A stretch of DNA of 64,000 nucleotides from Thermoproteus sp. Its GTDB lineage: Archaea > Thermoproteota > Thermoprotei > Thermoproteales > Thermoproteaceae. Where the stretch lies: assembly GCA_049976425.1 (NCBI GenBank), contig JBMFIG010000001.1, positions 224,001 to 288,000 on the forward strand, read 5' to 3'. Positions 8,838-18,759 of the stretch are shown here, in pieces. A program made the translations under genes and the position numbers. The notes beneath the pieces are model-generated. The model was not told where the DNA came from. It saw only the letters and a program-made list of their open reading frames with translations, and searched no databases. How positions within the stretch are numbered: the stretch's first letter is position 1; every line of letters starts with the position of its first letter.

Positions 8838-10054
8838 CTTGTCGGCATCTCTCTCAATACTGCAGAGTTGGTGAACCACCTGGGCATCGCCCAGCGGTAT
8901 TTCCAGAATCTGTCGTCGACGGCCGCCACGTATTTTTCTCGGTTTTCTAGGCCTCTCATGACTCTGCCCATGGCTTGTACGGAGTTGCTGACCGCCGCGA
9001 AGAGCAACACGTATCTGAAGCCCGATAGCCCTAGCCTATCGACGATCTGCATCTTGGCCTTCAACCAACTATCTGTCACGTTAGGTATGGGGAATCCGAC
9101 GAGGATTGCCGCGTCCGCATCCACGTTGACGCCTTCAGAGAGCGGGCTCCCGAAATAGGTGATCACTATGTGGGGTATATCCCCAAGCGGCCTATCTGAT
9201 AACGGATATTCTCTAAGTTTAACTTTGTAATATTCATATAATTCCTTATTGGGGAGAAATAATATAATTTTATTAAAAACAGAAAAAGTATCATTTAATA
9301 TCTTTTTAATAAGTAATACAGTCGATTTGCTTATTCTATTTATATACCTTATTTTTATAGGATATATATCAATTACTAAATTTTCAAAAAATATATTATC
9401 ATTATTTATATAGTTTATATCAAGAAATTTAACGAATATCTCAGAAAAAGGTTTAGTTACAGATGCGCTCGCCAACAAAACGTCTCTTCCTTTCAAGAGT
9501 TCTCCCATTATGGGCAACAGGACGCACCGCCGGGCGTGCGAGTCGCATATCCTATCCGACGGAATGTCCTTCTCGACGAGCAGGTCGTGTAGCAGGAGGT
9601 TGTGTGCCTCGTCGATTATGACTAGATCGCTTTCCCTTAAGAGGTCGGCTATAGACGACAGGTATTCCTGGCTTTCAAGATAGGCGATAGGCAACACCGC
9701 TATCTTGCTCTGGCGCCCTATAGCTTGTAGGTACTCGTAGGGACATACGCCGGCGTTGTAAATATCGTCTATTTTAGCGAATTTTCTATTTATATATTTA
9801 TATCGGGCTTTACATATTCCACGTTCCCGAAGCAAGAGGCACTCAGTCGCCGTCCTCGCGCCGAATTTACATAGAGAGGATCTCCCGAACATCAGCGCGG
9901 CGCTCCCGCCGTACTCTGCTATGTAAGAATAGACCTGTAGAGCCTCTAGGTGCGATCTAACAAAGAACAGGGTCCTCCCGCCGTGTTCTACAGCCGCCTT
10001 GGCGAGCCTCCTGCTTTTGCCGAAGCCAGGCGGCGCCTGCAGTAGCGTCCTCAC
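8834..10054 (-). CDS. short XPD/DinG-family Fe-S helicase
   Basis: QAPPGFGKS, GRSSLC..C..C..CPYE, IIDEAHN, SAS, LSEGVNV, VGFPIP, QAMGRVMR, DDRF. Confidence 0.85.
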   Translation of the reverse strand: MRTLLQAPPGFGKSRRLAKAAVEHGGRTLFFVRSHLEALQVYSYIAEYGGSAALMFGRSSLCKFGARTATECLLLRERGICKARYKYINRKFAKIDDIYNAGVCPYEYLQAIGRQSKIAVLPIAYLESQEYLSSIADLLRESDLVIIDEAHNLLLHDLLVEKDIPSDRICDSHARRCVLLPIMGELLKGRDVLLASASVTKPFSEIFVKFLDINYINNDNIFFENLVIDIYPIKIRYINRISKSTVLLIKKILNDTFSVFNKIILFLPNKELYEYYKVKLREYPLSDRPLGDIPHIVITYFGSPLSEGVNVDADAAILVGFPIPNVTDSWLKAKMQIVDRLGLSGFRYVLLFAAVSNSVQAMGRVMRGLENREKYVAAVDDRFWKYRWAMPRWFTNSAVLREMPTR

Positions 10055-10079
10055 ACAATGTCGCAGGCCTTTAGAGCAA

Positions 10080-10430
10080 CTACGACTTCTCTATCTCACT
10101 GAGCAACCGCCTTATGGTCTCGCCGAGCTTGCTCTCCGAGATCTCCTCAAGCTCTAGGCAGTTGCGGAGAATGCCGGAGAATAAGGCCTTGGCGACATCC
10201 TTGTCCCTTTCGCGCAATAATCTGTATCTCTCCATCAACTCTCCAGTCAGTATCTGTTCGGCCTTGCTGGGATCTTCGGCGATTAGATGCTCCAGGTCCC
10301 TGAGCTCGTCGACAACGTCGTCGAGGAGGTTGACGAACTCGGCCGGCTTGTTGGATAGGTCTATGTTGACGTAGGCCCTATTGACGCAATATCTGACAAA
10401 GCGGTACTGTAGCGCCTTGAGCGGGTCCAT
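10080..10430 (-). CDS. hypothetical protein
   Basis: 116-aa helical ORF whose start overlaps the rpl31e stop. Confidence 0.7.
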   Translation of the reverse strand: MDPLKALQYRFVRYCVNRAYVNIDLSNKPAEFVNLLDDVVDELRDLEHLIAEDPSKAEQILTGELMERYRLLRERDKDVAKALFSGILRNCLELEEISESKLGETIRRLLSEIEKS

Positions 10431-10705
10431 TATTGTTTAGGCTTAACTAAGACGGTGCCGTCCTCCCTCTTCTCGATAACTACATCCACATAGCGCGGCG
10501 GCCTCTCTCTGCTCCGGGACCAAATCGCGACGTTGAGGGAGGGGTCTATCTTCACCTTGCCGACCTCGGTCTTCATATGCCTCGCCGCGAACTCCCTTAT
10601 TATCGCCACGGCTCTCTTGGCCCTCCGAGTGCGGGCCGCCCAGTAGGCCCTACGGAGGCTTATCCTGTATTCCCTCGACGCGACGACCTTGGCCTCCTCG
10701 GACAT
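10430..10705 (-). CDS. rpl31e: 50S ribosomal protein L31e
   Basis: [31 protein letters not shown]...PP. Confidence 0.95.
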   Translation of the reverse strand: MSEEAKVVASREYRISLRRAYWAARTRRAKRAVAIIREFAARHMKTEVGKVKIDPSLNVAIWSRSRERPPRYVDVVIEKREDGTVLVKPKQ

Positions 10706-10728
10706 GGCTCACCGCAAGAACCACCTTT

Positions 10729-10884
10729 TTAAGCCTTGAGCTTCGCCCGCCTCCAGTACCTCCTGGCGGGCGATCTCGTCACTCGGTTCTTGGTCTTCAG
10801 CCTCACCCAGGCCGGAGGATCTCTGTTAGATTTCAAAGCCGCCGCAAGCCTTAACTTCCTCCCCAACGCCTTGTTGCGCGCCAT
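10729..10884 (-). CDS. rpl39e: 50S ribosomal protein L39e (absent from the ORF track)
   Basis: Hand translation MARNKALGRKLRLAAALKSNRDPPAWVRLKTKNRVTRSPARRYWRRAKLKA. Confidence 0.95.
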   Translation of the reverse strand: MARNKALGRKLRLAAALKSNRDPPAWVRLKTKNRVTRSPARRYWRRAKLKA

Positions 10885-10919
10885 GTCCCCGCCGGCGTCG
10901 GCCCTTTTTAAAGATTTCC

Positions 10920-11249
10920 CTAGAAACGAAATCTATACTCCTTCCTGCTCCTCTCGTATATCTGGGCCAAGATCTCCTTGAGGTCGTCGTCTGTTATGGG
11001 CAACTTGACCCTACCGCTGGCGGCTAGAGATATGAGCTGTTGCTCCAAGGCCTCCACTAACTCCGGCCTCACAATCCTGAGGTTGTCCAGCCGCGCGAGG
11101 GCCTCCGGGGTCAATATCCTCTTCAGAGCAAGCCGCCTCTGGGCAGCCAGCTCCTCGGCCCTTCTCCGAGCCTCCGCCTGCTCCTGCATCTCCCTAAGCT
11201 TCTTCTCGCGTAGCCTCTCCAGCTCCTCGTCGCCGCCCTCGGCGGCCAT
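10920..11249 (-). CDS. PDCD5-like DNA-binding protein
   Basis: [40 protein letters not shown]; usual neighbour of rps19e. Confidence 0.9.
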   Translation of the reverse strand: MAAEGGDEELERLREKKLREMQEQAEARRRAEELAAQRRLALKRILTPEALARLDNLRIVRPELVEALEQQLISLAASGRVKLPITDDDLKEILAQIYERSRKEYRFRF

Positions 11250-11725
11250 TACTCCTTGGGCGGGGCCAGATATTTGGCTAGCTCCGGCCTGGCCTTAACA
11301 AGCTCCTTCGCGATCTTCGTGGCGATCCTATCCACGAGCGATCTCCCCTCGGGCGTGAGGACGCGTCCTCTCTTGGTCCTCGCCACGATGCCGGCTTGCT
11401 CAAGCTGGTGCAGGAGTTTCCTGATCACGGCGCCGCCCGCCTTCCTCGTCCTCTCGCTCCTCATCCCCTGGCCGACCTTAGCCCTATATCCGTAGTACGT
11501 CCTCAACCTGGACAGCCCCACCGGCCCGTCCAAGTACAGCCTCCTGACTATGGACGCGGCCCTCACGTACCACCAATCGTCATCCATAGGCGGTCTGTCC
11601 TTATTGGCGCCGGTCTTCACGTAGGCGGCCCACACAGGCGGCTTGACCTGGGCAACGTTCGTCTTCAGATATGCGGCCAGCTCCTTGATTAACAGATCCG
11701 CGGGCACGTCCTTGACCGAAACCAC
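11249..11725 (-). CDS. rps19e: 30S ribosomal protein S19e
   Basis: [41 protein letters not shown]. Confidence 0.96.
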   Translation of the reverse strand: MVSVKDVPADLLIKELAAYLKTNVAQVKPPVWAAYVKTGANKDRPPMDDDWWYVRAASIVRRLYLDGPVGLSRLRTYYGYRAKVGQGMRSERTRKAGGAVIRKLLHQLEQAGIVARTKRGRVLTPEGRSLVDRIATKIAKELVKARPELAKYLAPPKE

Positions 11726-11811
11726 GTCCCCGCCTTCGACGGCCTATTTAAAACTTTTCCCCAGCTTGGACCTAGCAAAAAGTTTTTATAGAGAGCTCCG
11801 ATAGCGAGGCC

Positions 11812-12141
11812 ATGCGCTTTTGCCCCAACGACGGCTCCCTACTCGTGCCGGTCAAGAAAGGATCGGCCACCGTGTTGCGTTGCCCCAAATGCGGCTACGA
11901 GGAGCCGGTCAACGACGCGGCTAGGTCGGCCTATAGGTCCAAATCCGCCGTCGAGAGGAAAAACGAGATACTCGTCGCGGACGCCGTGGCGGAGACTCTG
12001 CCCAAGACGAAGGCCATATGCCCCAAATGCGGCAACGAGGAGGCCTACGTCTGGATGCAACAGACGAGGGCGGCCGACGAGCCGCCCACGCGTTTCTACA
12101 GATGCACCAGATGCGGATATACCTGGAGAGAATACGCCTGA
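11812..12141 (+). CDS. tfs: transcription factor S (TFS)
   Basis: Two zinc ribbons and QTRAADEP catalytic loop. Confidence 0.93.
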   Translation: MRFCPNDGSLLVPVKKGSATVLRCPKCGYEEPVNDAARSAYRSKSAVERKNEILVADAVAETLPKTKAICPKCGNEEAYVWMQQTRAADEPPTRFYRCTRCGYTWREYA

Positions 12142-12183
12142 TATTACAAGCCAAAGCTTATATTTAGCGACGCGTCTGTCCAC

Positions 12184-12939
12184 ATGGCGAAGTACACCAT
12201 CACGTACTCAGACGCCAAGGAGTGGTCCTACATCCTAGACTCCATAGCGGTCCTGGTGGAGGAAGCCGCCTTCGTCTTTCGGCAAGACGGACTAGCTCTA
12301 AGATCTCTAGACCCCTCGCGGACGGCCATGGTAGACCTCTTCATACCTAAGGAGGGCTTCGAGGAGTACCCGGAGCTCCAGTCGGAGGTCAGGATGGGGA
12401 TAAACTTCAAGGACTTCAGGAAGCTCCTCAGAAGGCTCAAGAAAGGCGACAAGATCTCTCTGGAGATCGAGGAGTCCAAGCTCAGAGTGAAGCTCATAGG
12501 CAAGTCCACCCGCTCTATAACGCTTCCCCTGATTGAGGCCGCCGCAGAGGAGTTGCCCACGCCCAAGGTGGTCTACACCGCCACGGTGAAGACCGCCAGC
12601 GATGTGTTGAGCCAAGCGCTTAAAGACGCCGACGCGGTCGCCGACTCGGTGAAGTTCGACGTAGACGAGGAGGCCCTCTACATAAGGGCGTCGAGCGACA
12701 GAGGCGAGGTGGAGGTGAAGCTCGACAAAGGCGGGGAGCTCGTATACGAATTCGACGTCAAGGAGCCGGCAAGCGCCACGTTCTCGTTGGAGTACCTAGT
12801 GGATATAGCCGGCAAGGCCTCCAAGGTCAGCGATATAGTCACAGTAGAGCTCGCCACGGCCAAGCCCATATCCCTAACCTTCGATATACCGGCCGGAGGA
12901 AAGCTGACCTACTTCGTGGCGCCGCATATAGAACAATAG
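12184..12939 (+). CDS. pcn: DNA sliding clamp PCNA
   Basis: LDPSRTAMVDL, FSLEYL, LTYFVAPHIE; 251 aa. Confidence 0.95.
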   Translation: MAKYTITYSDAKEWSYILDSIAVLVEEAAFVFRQDGLALRSLDPSRTAMVDLFIPKEGFEEYPELQSEVRMGINFKDFRKLLRRLKKGDKISLEIEESKLRVKLIGKSTRSITLPLIEAAAEELPTPKVVYTATVKTASDVLSQALKDADAVADSVKFDVDEEALYIRASSDRGEVEVKLDKGGELVYEFDVKEPASATFSLEYLVDIAGKASKVSDIVTVELATAKPISLTFDIPAGGKLTYFVAPHIEQ

Positions 12940-12958
12940 ATCTGGGGAAAAGAGGGAT

Positions 12959-14303
12959 TTATTTCTCTTGGGCTATCCGCAGGTCGACCCCTATCGTCTC
13001 GGGGCCTAGGAACGCCGCGATGCCGTAGACAACGCCGGCCAATATCAGCCAGAAAGCCGCCACGAACCATATATTGCCGTCCTCTATGGGCTTAAACAGA
13101 TCGTAGAGCGGTATCGAGTAGAGCAGCATCCACGCGCTTATGAATATGCCGGAGCTGTAGCCGAAGCCGACGCCGCTGGCCCTCCTCTGGGTGGCGAAAC
13201 GCTCGGAGAGGTACACCGGGACGAGGCCCCAAGGCCATTGGGTCAGCCAACCGGCGAGAGCCGCTCCGAGGTAGAGCAGGGCGACGTCGTTCGTGGCCGC
13301 GCCTAGATACCAGACGTAGAACGCGGGGATTGCGAGAATCGCCGAAACCACGCCGGCTATGACTAATGCCTTTCTCCTGCCCAAGAAGTCCGACGAGAAG
13401 CCCCACAGAGTTACCGCTATGGCGGCGATGACGCCGGACACCCCGTAGTAGCTAGCTAGCGGCGCCCTGCGCTAGACCGGCCTTCTCAAGGATGCCGGTG
13501 GCGAAATAGAATAGGGAATAGCTGCTGAAGAAGAGACCTGTCATGAACACGAAGACTGACAGGAAGGTCCAGAGGGCGGGAGGTCTAAATAGGCTGAAGA
13601 ACGGCACCTTCTCCAGCTGTCCCTTGTTCTTGGCCTCCGAGAACACAAGCGTGTCGGGCATGGCGAACCTTATATAGAGCGCGATCACGGCCGGTATCAG
13701 TCCGGTGAGGAATACATATCTCCACGCGTAAGCCTGCATGGCGGCTTGCCCGAAGTAGGCGGTAAACGCGGCGACCACGAAGCCGCCCAGCGCGACGCCC
13801 CAGCTGAACGCGCCCTGGACTATGCCGCTGACGAGGCCCCTCCATCTAGGGGCGGAGTACTCCATGGCGAAGGGGTGGCCCGCCGCGTACTCGCCGCCTA
13901 CGAACACGCCGAGGATGAACCTCAAGGCCGAATATATCCAGAAGGCGGCCCAGCCGACCTGCGCGTACGTCGGTATCGCCGCGGTTAAGGCGCTGGCCGT
14001 GGAATAGCCTACTATGGTCATCATCAAGGTATCGCGCCTCCCCCACCTATCTGCGAGGTTCCCGAAGACCGCGCTGCCGAGAGGCCTCGCTATCATGGTG
14101 AACGCGTAGCCCAGCAACGTTATGAAGTAGCCGACCACCTCCTTCGAGAGCGTCGGAGGTAGCAGGACAGCCGCCAGCGTCGACGTCATGGCGGTCACGA
14201 ACGTTAGATCGTAGGCGTCTAGGAAGAACCCCAAAAACTGCGAAAATATCGCATTTGCCGCTTTCGGGGGCCATCTATAGTGTTCTGGTGCCCATTGAAC
14301 CAT
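12959..14303 (-). pseudogene. MFS transporter split by a 4-bp duplication
   Basis: FLDAYD, GNLADRWGRR, GGEY in the first half and SDFLGRRK, SERF in the second; deleting one TAGC at 13451-13460 restores a single 446-aa frame. Confidence 0.85.
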
Positions 14304-14427
14304 AGGATTGGAAATATGGTTATAAATATATTGCTCTAAGATATATGTTAATATCTCTTACGAGTTTAATTTCAGAAAACATCGATAATACCGAAAGCTG
14401 TTTTTATGCGGCTGTGGCATCCGTGAT

Positions 14428-15399
14428 ATGGCTATGAAGTTCCTCGAGGCTTTGTTTAGGAACTACTACAGGAACGCCCAGCTGGACGTGCCGGAGATAG
14501 AGAGGCGCGAGGTGGGCTATCTAACGATGGACGGCGCCATGGTCAGGCATAGATCGTTTAGATCGCTGGAGGACCTCAGATCGTTCTGCGTCGACAAGCC
14601 GCCTCTAGGGCTCTACTACTCGGCGGCGCTCTATGAAAGGCCGGACGAGAGGGACATGGACGCTAAAGGGTGGCTGGGCGCCGACCTCGTATTCGACATA
14701 GACGGGGACCACCTGGACACGCCGAACTGCAGAGGCATGGAGCTCCTCAACTACGGATGTCTCGAGGACGCTAAGGAGGAGGCCTTGAAGCTCCTCGACG
14801 CCTTGAGGAACGAGCTGGGCCTCGAGGGGTTGCCGGTCTACTCGGGCCATAGGGGGTTCCACGTACACGTAAGAGCTGAGGAGGTCAGAGGGCTCGACGC
14901 TGGCGAGCGGAGGAGGCTTGTGGACTTCTTGGTGGGGCGCAACCTCGACTTGTCGAAGCTAGAGGCGAGGGTCGGGAAGAAAGCGGTTAGGCTATACGTC
15001 GAGGAACCTGTGGGGAGCCTCGCGAGGCTCATGCGCGGCCTCGACGACGGTAGCTACTCGATAAGAATAGACGAGGTCGTGACGGCGGACGTGCACAGGC
15101 TCATCAGAGCTCCCGGCTCCCTCAACAACAAGACGGGCTTCATCGCGCTTCCCCTCTCCTATTCGGATCTGGATAGGGATGTGGAGGCCATCGTAGAGAG
15201 GGCTCTCGCCTTCAAGAAGGGCGAGGTCCTCATAAGGCTCAAGGAGCCTGTGGAGGAGGTCCTCGGCATTAAGATAGGTCGAGAGGAGGCCGTAGTGCCG
15301 ACCTACATAGCGGTATACCTACATCTGCAAGGCAGAGCCGAGATACAGACTGAGGCCGGTAGGGACGTCCAGGTACGGCGGAGAGGGCGTGGCGGATAG
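14428..15399 (+). CDS. priS: DNA primase small subunit
   Basis: YYSAALY, GADLVFDIDGDHL, YSGHRGFHV, DEVVTADVHRLIRAPGSLN. Confidence 0.95.
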   Translation: MAMKFLEALFRNYYRNAQLDVPEIERREVGYLTMDGAMVRHRSFRSLEDLRSFCVDKPPLGLYYSAALYERPDERDMDAKGWLGADLVFDIDGDHLDTPNCRGMELLNYGCLEDAKEEALKLLDALRNELGLEGLPVYSGHRGFHVHVRAEEVRGLDAGERRRLVDFLVGRNLDLSKLEARVGKKAVRLYVEEPVGSLARLMRGLDDGSYSIRIDEVVTADVHRLIRAPGSLNNKTGFIALPLSYSDLDRDVEAIVERALAFKKGEVLIRLKEPVEEVLGIKIGREEAVVPTYIAVYLHLQGRAEIQTEAGRDVQVRRRGRGG

Positions 15400-15459
15400 G
15401 CGCGGCCGCCAAGCGGTTGCCAAGAGGGGCTATATATTAAATAGGCTTGAAGATATCTC

Positions 15460-15936
15460 GTGCTCGGCGAGATATACGCCTGGCTTGAGGCAGAGATGAA
15501 CGCCAAGCTTTTAGCCAAGCCGCCCGCCTCCTCCTACGCAGAGCTCGTAAACAAGCTGAACGAGGAGCTGAAGAGGACGGCGTTGCCTCCGGCGTTGGAG
15601 GAGGGCATACGGATCCAGCTGGCCAGAGCTCTGGCCTCTATAATAGAGCTTAGGGTTAGAAAAATCGCCATGGAGCTGTATCAGGGGAGGGAGCCCCGCG
15701 ACTTGACCGCAGAGGAGGAGAGGCTGTGGGGCTCCCTCAAGAGAGTCTTGGAGATGCCGGCGAAAGTCTCCGGCAGATACGAAATAGTGGTGTTCCTGGA
15801 CAAATTCCCGATGATCTCTACCTCCGATTTCAAGCAGATAGGGCCGTTCAACAAGGGCGATCTGGCGAAGATACCGACCGAAGACGCGCGGGAGTTAGAA
15901 GCCAAGGGAGTCGTAAGGCGGTTTAAGTTGACCTAA
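15460..15936 (+). CDS. gins15: GINS subunit Gins15 (Gins51)
   Basis: [27 protein letters not shown]; conserved position after priS. Confidence 0.8.
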   Translation: MLGEIYAWLEAEMNAKLLAKPPASSYAELVNKLNEELKRTALPPALEEGIRIQLARALASIIELRVRKIAMELYQGREPRDLTAEEERLWGSLKRVLEMPAKVSGRYEIVVFLDKFPMISTSDFKQIGPFNKGDLAKIPTEDARELEAKGVVRRFKLT

Positions 15937-16136
15937 TCGAGCGATCTGATTATATTGCCGAGGATCTGGGCCTTGCCGCCCGTCGGTTGGACTAAGACCC
16001 TGCCGCAGACGAGGCATCTGACGACCATCGAGGCGTGGCTGAACACCACCTGTTCGTTTCCGCAGTCGGGACAACGTATCCTCAAGAACTTGGTGCGGGG
16101 TTGCGGTATTAACGCCTTGGAGAACCGGGGCGGCAT
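15933..16136 (-). CDS. rps27e: 30S ribosomal protein S27e
   Basis: [30 protein letters not shown]. Confidence 0.96.
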   Translation of the reverse strand: MPPRFSKALIPQPRTKFLRIRCPDCGNEQVVFSHASMVVRCLVCGRVLVQPTGGKAQILGNIIRSLD

Positions 16137-16137
16137 A

Positions 16138-16413
16138 TCAGACCAGCTCCACCCTCTTCATCCTTCCGAGCGTCTTGTGTAGCTTGTAGCCGCACTTTGA
16201 ACAAGTCAACACCAGTGTGATCTTCTTGTTGACCTTGGCGAACCTCTTCTGCTTCGGCTTCGGCGAAGAGCCGTATCCCTTGAGCTTCCTGTTATACCTC
16301 CTCTGGCCCTCCGCGAGCTCCCGCCTCTTGCCTTGATGGTATATGGAGACGCTGTGCTCAGTGTACGTGTTGCACCTCGGGCAGTACGCCATCACCTTCT
16401 TAGGAAAACGCAT
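16138..16413 (-). CDS. rpl44e: 50S ribosomal protein L44e
   Basis: [23 protein letters not shown]. Confidence 0.96.
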   Translation of the reverse strand: MRFPKKVMAYCPRCNTYTEHSVSIYHQGKRRELAEGQRRYNRKLKGYGSSPKPKQKRFAKVNKKITLVLTCSKCGYKLHKTLGRMKRVELV

Positions 16414-16452
16414 GGCCCGCCAGACATGCCCAGCTTAAAAACATTGCGCCGG

Positions 16453-18318
16453 CTAGCACGGGCGTAGGTCCACGACTGTGGTGTTTATCCTCGGCGTGCC
16501 TCCGTAGGGGTTCGGCGTCCCGTCGACTACCGCGTTCACAGGCCGCCCCTCGGCGTCTCTCGGGATACCTCTCATCAGCAGGACTCCGCGCGGGACGGCG
16601 GGATCTGCGACGAGCCTCACCTTGATCGATACGCCACCTCTCTCCAGACAGGCGTAATCGCCTTTGAGATCCTCCGGGTTCACGTACACCACCGGCGGCG
16701 GGGCGCCGTACTCCTCGAAGAACTGGGTGTTCGTGTGCAAGGGCTCCGAGGTGAAGGTCAAGACGTATCCGGCGGCCGGCCTAACGTAGGCGGGCAGAGG
16801 GCTGGCCCCCCTCCTCTCGGCCGACGTGCTGTAGAACTCGAGCTTGCCCGACGGCGTGTTGAAGCGCATCGGATCCCCGCGCCTCAACACGACGACGCCT
16901 CTAGCCCTCAGCTCCGCCAGGCTCACGCCGGCCGGCCTTAAAGCCCTATCCACCGCGTCCCAAGGATCCTCGGCCATCAACACGTGGCGCCCGAGGCCCA
17001 ACGCCTTCGCCACCTCCCTAACCACCCAGTGCTCTGGCCTGGACTCGCCCACCGGCTGCGCAACCGCTCTATTGTACACCAGCAGGTTGTGCCAGTAGCT
17101 GTACACCACGTCGTCCTTCTCGAGATACGAGGGGGCCGGGAGCACCAGATCGGCGCATTCGGCCGTCTCGTTGAGGACCAGATCGTGGACCGCCAAGAAT
17201 AGATCGCCGCGGCGCGCCGCCTCGCATATCCTGTCGCCTTGGGGGAGCGTCATGACGGGGTTGGAGTTCCAGACGTACATGACGTCGAATTTATCCACGG
17301 CGTTGCCCAGGAGGCCCATAGGCACCACGGACGAGGGCCCCCCGGCGTGTAGGCCCCTCAAGTAGTCGAAGTCAATGCCCCAGGCCCCCGAGTTGGAGTA
17401 GAAGAACCCCAGCGGGTCGCCCAGAAGCCCGTGTATCAACGAGATAGCCCTCACGGCCTCGCCGCCGTTGAGGGTCCTCCCGAGCGAGAAGCCTATCACG
17501 GTCTTCGCACCCGACTCGTAGAGGTCTGCGAGCTTCTCCAGGGTCTGGGGATCGACGCCGGCCTCAGCCTCCACGTACTGCGGATCGAACCGCTGGACGT
17601 ACTCAGCGAATTTCTCGAAGCCGTAGGAGTACCGCTCCACGAAATGCCGGTCGTAAGATCCCCGCGAGATCAGCTCCCTTGCGATCCCCAGCGCAAGGAC
17701 CACGTCGGTGCCGGGCCTCACGACGACCGGGAGATCCGCCGCCTTCAAGGTCTCCGTCAGCGCCACGTCGACGGCAGCTATGGTCGCGCGGGCCCTTTTG
17801 GCCAAAGCCCAGCCGTGTATGAAGCTGACCGCCGCGTTGACGCCCCAGAAGACGACCGCCCTGGCCGACGCGAGCTCCTCGGGCAACATGCCCCAGCTAC
17901 GGCCCCAGTGGAGCTTCAAGGCGGCGTGGCCCTCAGCGCTACATATGGAGTAGTCCGTCGAAGCCGCCCCCAACGCGTTGAATAGGCGGGCGGGGTAGTA
18001 CCAGGTCAGGAGGCCCTGATTCCCGTCGTACTCCACGTGTATCACCCTTCGCGGATCCGCCGATCTGAGCCTCTCCGCGAGCTCGGCGATAGCCCTATCC
18101 CACCCCACCTCGATGAAGCTCCCCCCGCTCCTTAACAACGGCCTCTTGACGCGCCTCTCGGAGTAAAGCCTCTTGACGTCGGCCCTCCCGCGGGGGCACG
18201 TGAAGCCGAGGACCGGGAACCACCTCGCCGGCCTTAAATCCACCAGCCTTCCGCCTGCGGCTATCGGCTCGAACACGCAGGTATCGTAGCAGTCGCGGGT
18301 ACACGCAATTAGGCCCAC
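16453..18318 (-). CDS. molybdopterin-dependent oxidoreductase (DMSO reductase family)
   Basis: CTRDCYDTC..CPRG Fe-S motif, PGTD, ETAECADLVLPA...EK, TPSGKLEF. Confidence 0.9.
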   Translation of the reverse strand: MGLIACTRDCYDTCVFEPIAAGGRLVDLRPARWFPVLGFTCPRGRADVKRLYSERRVKRPLLRSGGSFIEVGWDRAIAELAERLRSADPRRVIHVEYDGNQGLLTWYYPARLFNALGAASTDYSICSAEGHAALKLHWGRSWGMLPEELASARAVVFWGVNAAVSFIHGWALAKRARATIAAVDVALTETLKAADLPVVVRPGTDVVLALGIARELISRGSYDRHFVERYSYGFEKFAEYVQRFDPQYVEAEAGVDPQTLEKLADLYESGAKTVIGFSLGRTLNGGEAVRAISLIHGLLGDPLGFFYSNSGAWGIDFDYLRGLHAGGPSSVVPMGLLGNAVDKFDVMYVWNSNPVMTLPQGDRICEAARRGDLFLAVHDLVLNETAECADLVLPAPSYLEKDDVVYSYWHNLLVYNRAVAQPVGESRPEHWVVREVAKALGLGRHVLMAEDPWDAVDRALRPAGVSLAELRARGVVVLRRGDPMRFNTPSGKLEFYSTSAERRGASPLPAYVRPAAGYVLTFTSEPLHTNTQFFEEYGAPPPVVYVNPEDLKGDYACLERGGVSIKVRLVADPAVPRGVLLMRGIPRDAEGRPVNAVVDGTPNPYGGTPRINTTVVDLRPC

Positions 18319-18363
18319 GTACGGGCGATCGCCACATTTAATAACTGCGCGCGTCCCGACGAT

Positions 18364-18759
18364 ATGGCTAGGCTACCCGGATACGAGGAGGTTGTGAGGG
18401 CTTTAGCCAAGGCGTCCGGCCTCCCGCATCTGGCCGAAGTGCCTATCTACGTCGTCTATTCGGACTCGCGGTCGAGGGCGTACGCCAGGATATGGGGCCT
18501 CTCCAAGCCTCTGCAGGAGGCCCTGGGCATAGGCCCTCTATACGTCGTCGAGCTGTTGGCCCCCTTCTGGGATCTCGACTGCGAGGGGAAGACGAAGGTG
18601 TTGGCTCACGAGCTGGCCCACATACCGCGCACCGCCAGCGGCGCCTTGAGGCCCCACAACGCCTACTTCCGGAGGGACTACAAGGCTATACTGAGGCGAG
18701 CCGGGGGGATCTGCGACGCCGTCAAGGAGCTGGACCGAGCGGGAAAGTCCTCTCTCTGA
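18364..18759 (+). CDS. small putative zinc metallopeptidase
   Basis: AYARIWGL, AHELAHIP..SGALRPH. Confidence 0.75.
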   Translation: MARLPGYEEVVRALAKASGLPHLAEVPIYVVYSDSRSRAYARIWGLSKPLQEALGIGPLYVVELLAPFWDLDCEGKTKVLAHELAHIPRTASGALRPHNAYFRRDYKAILRRAGGICDAVKELDRAGKSSL

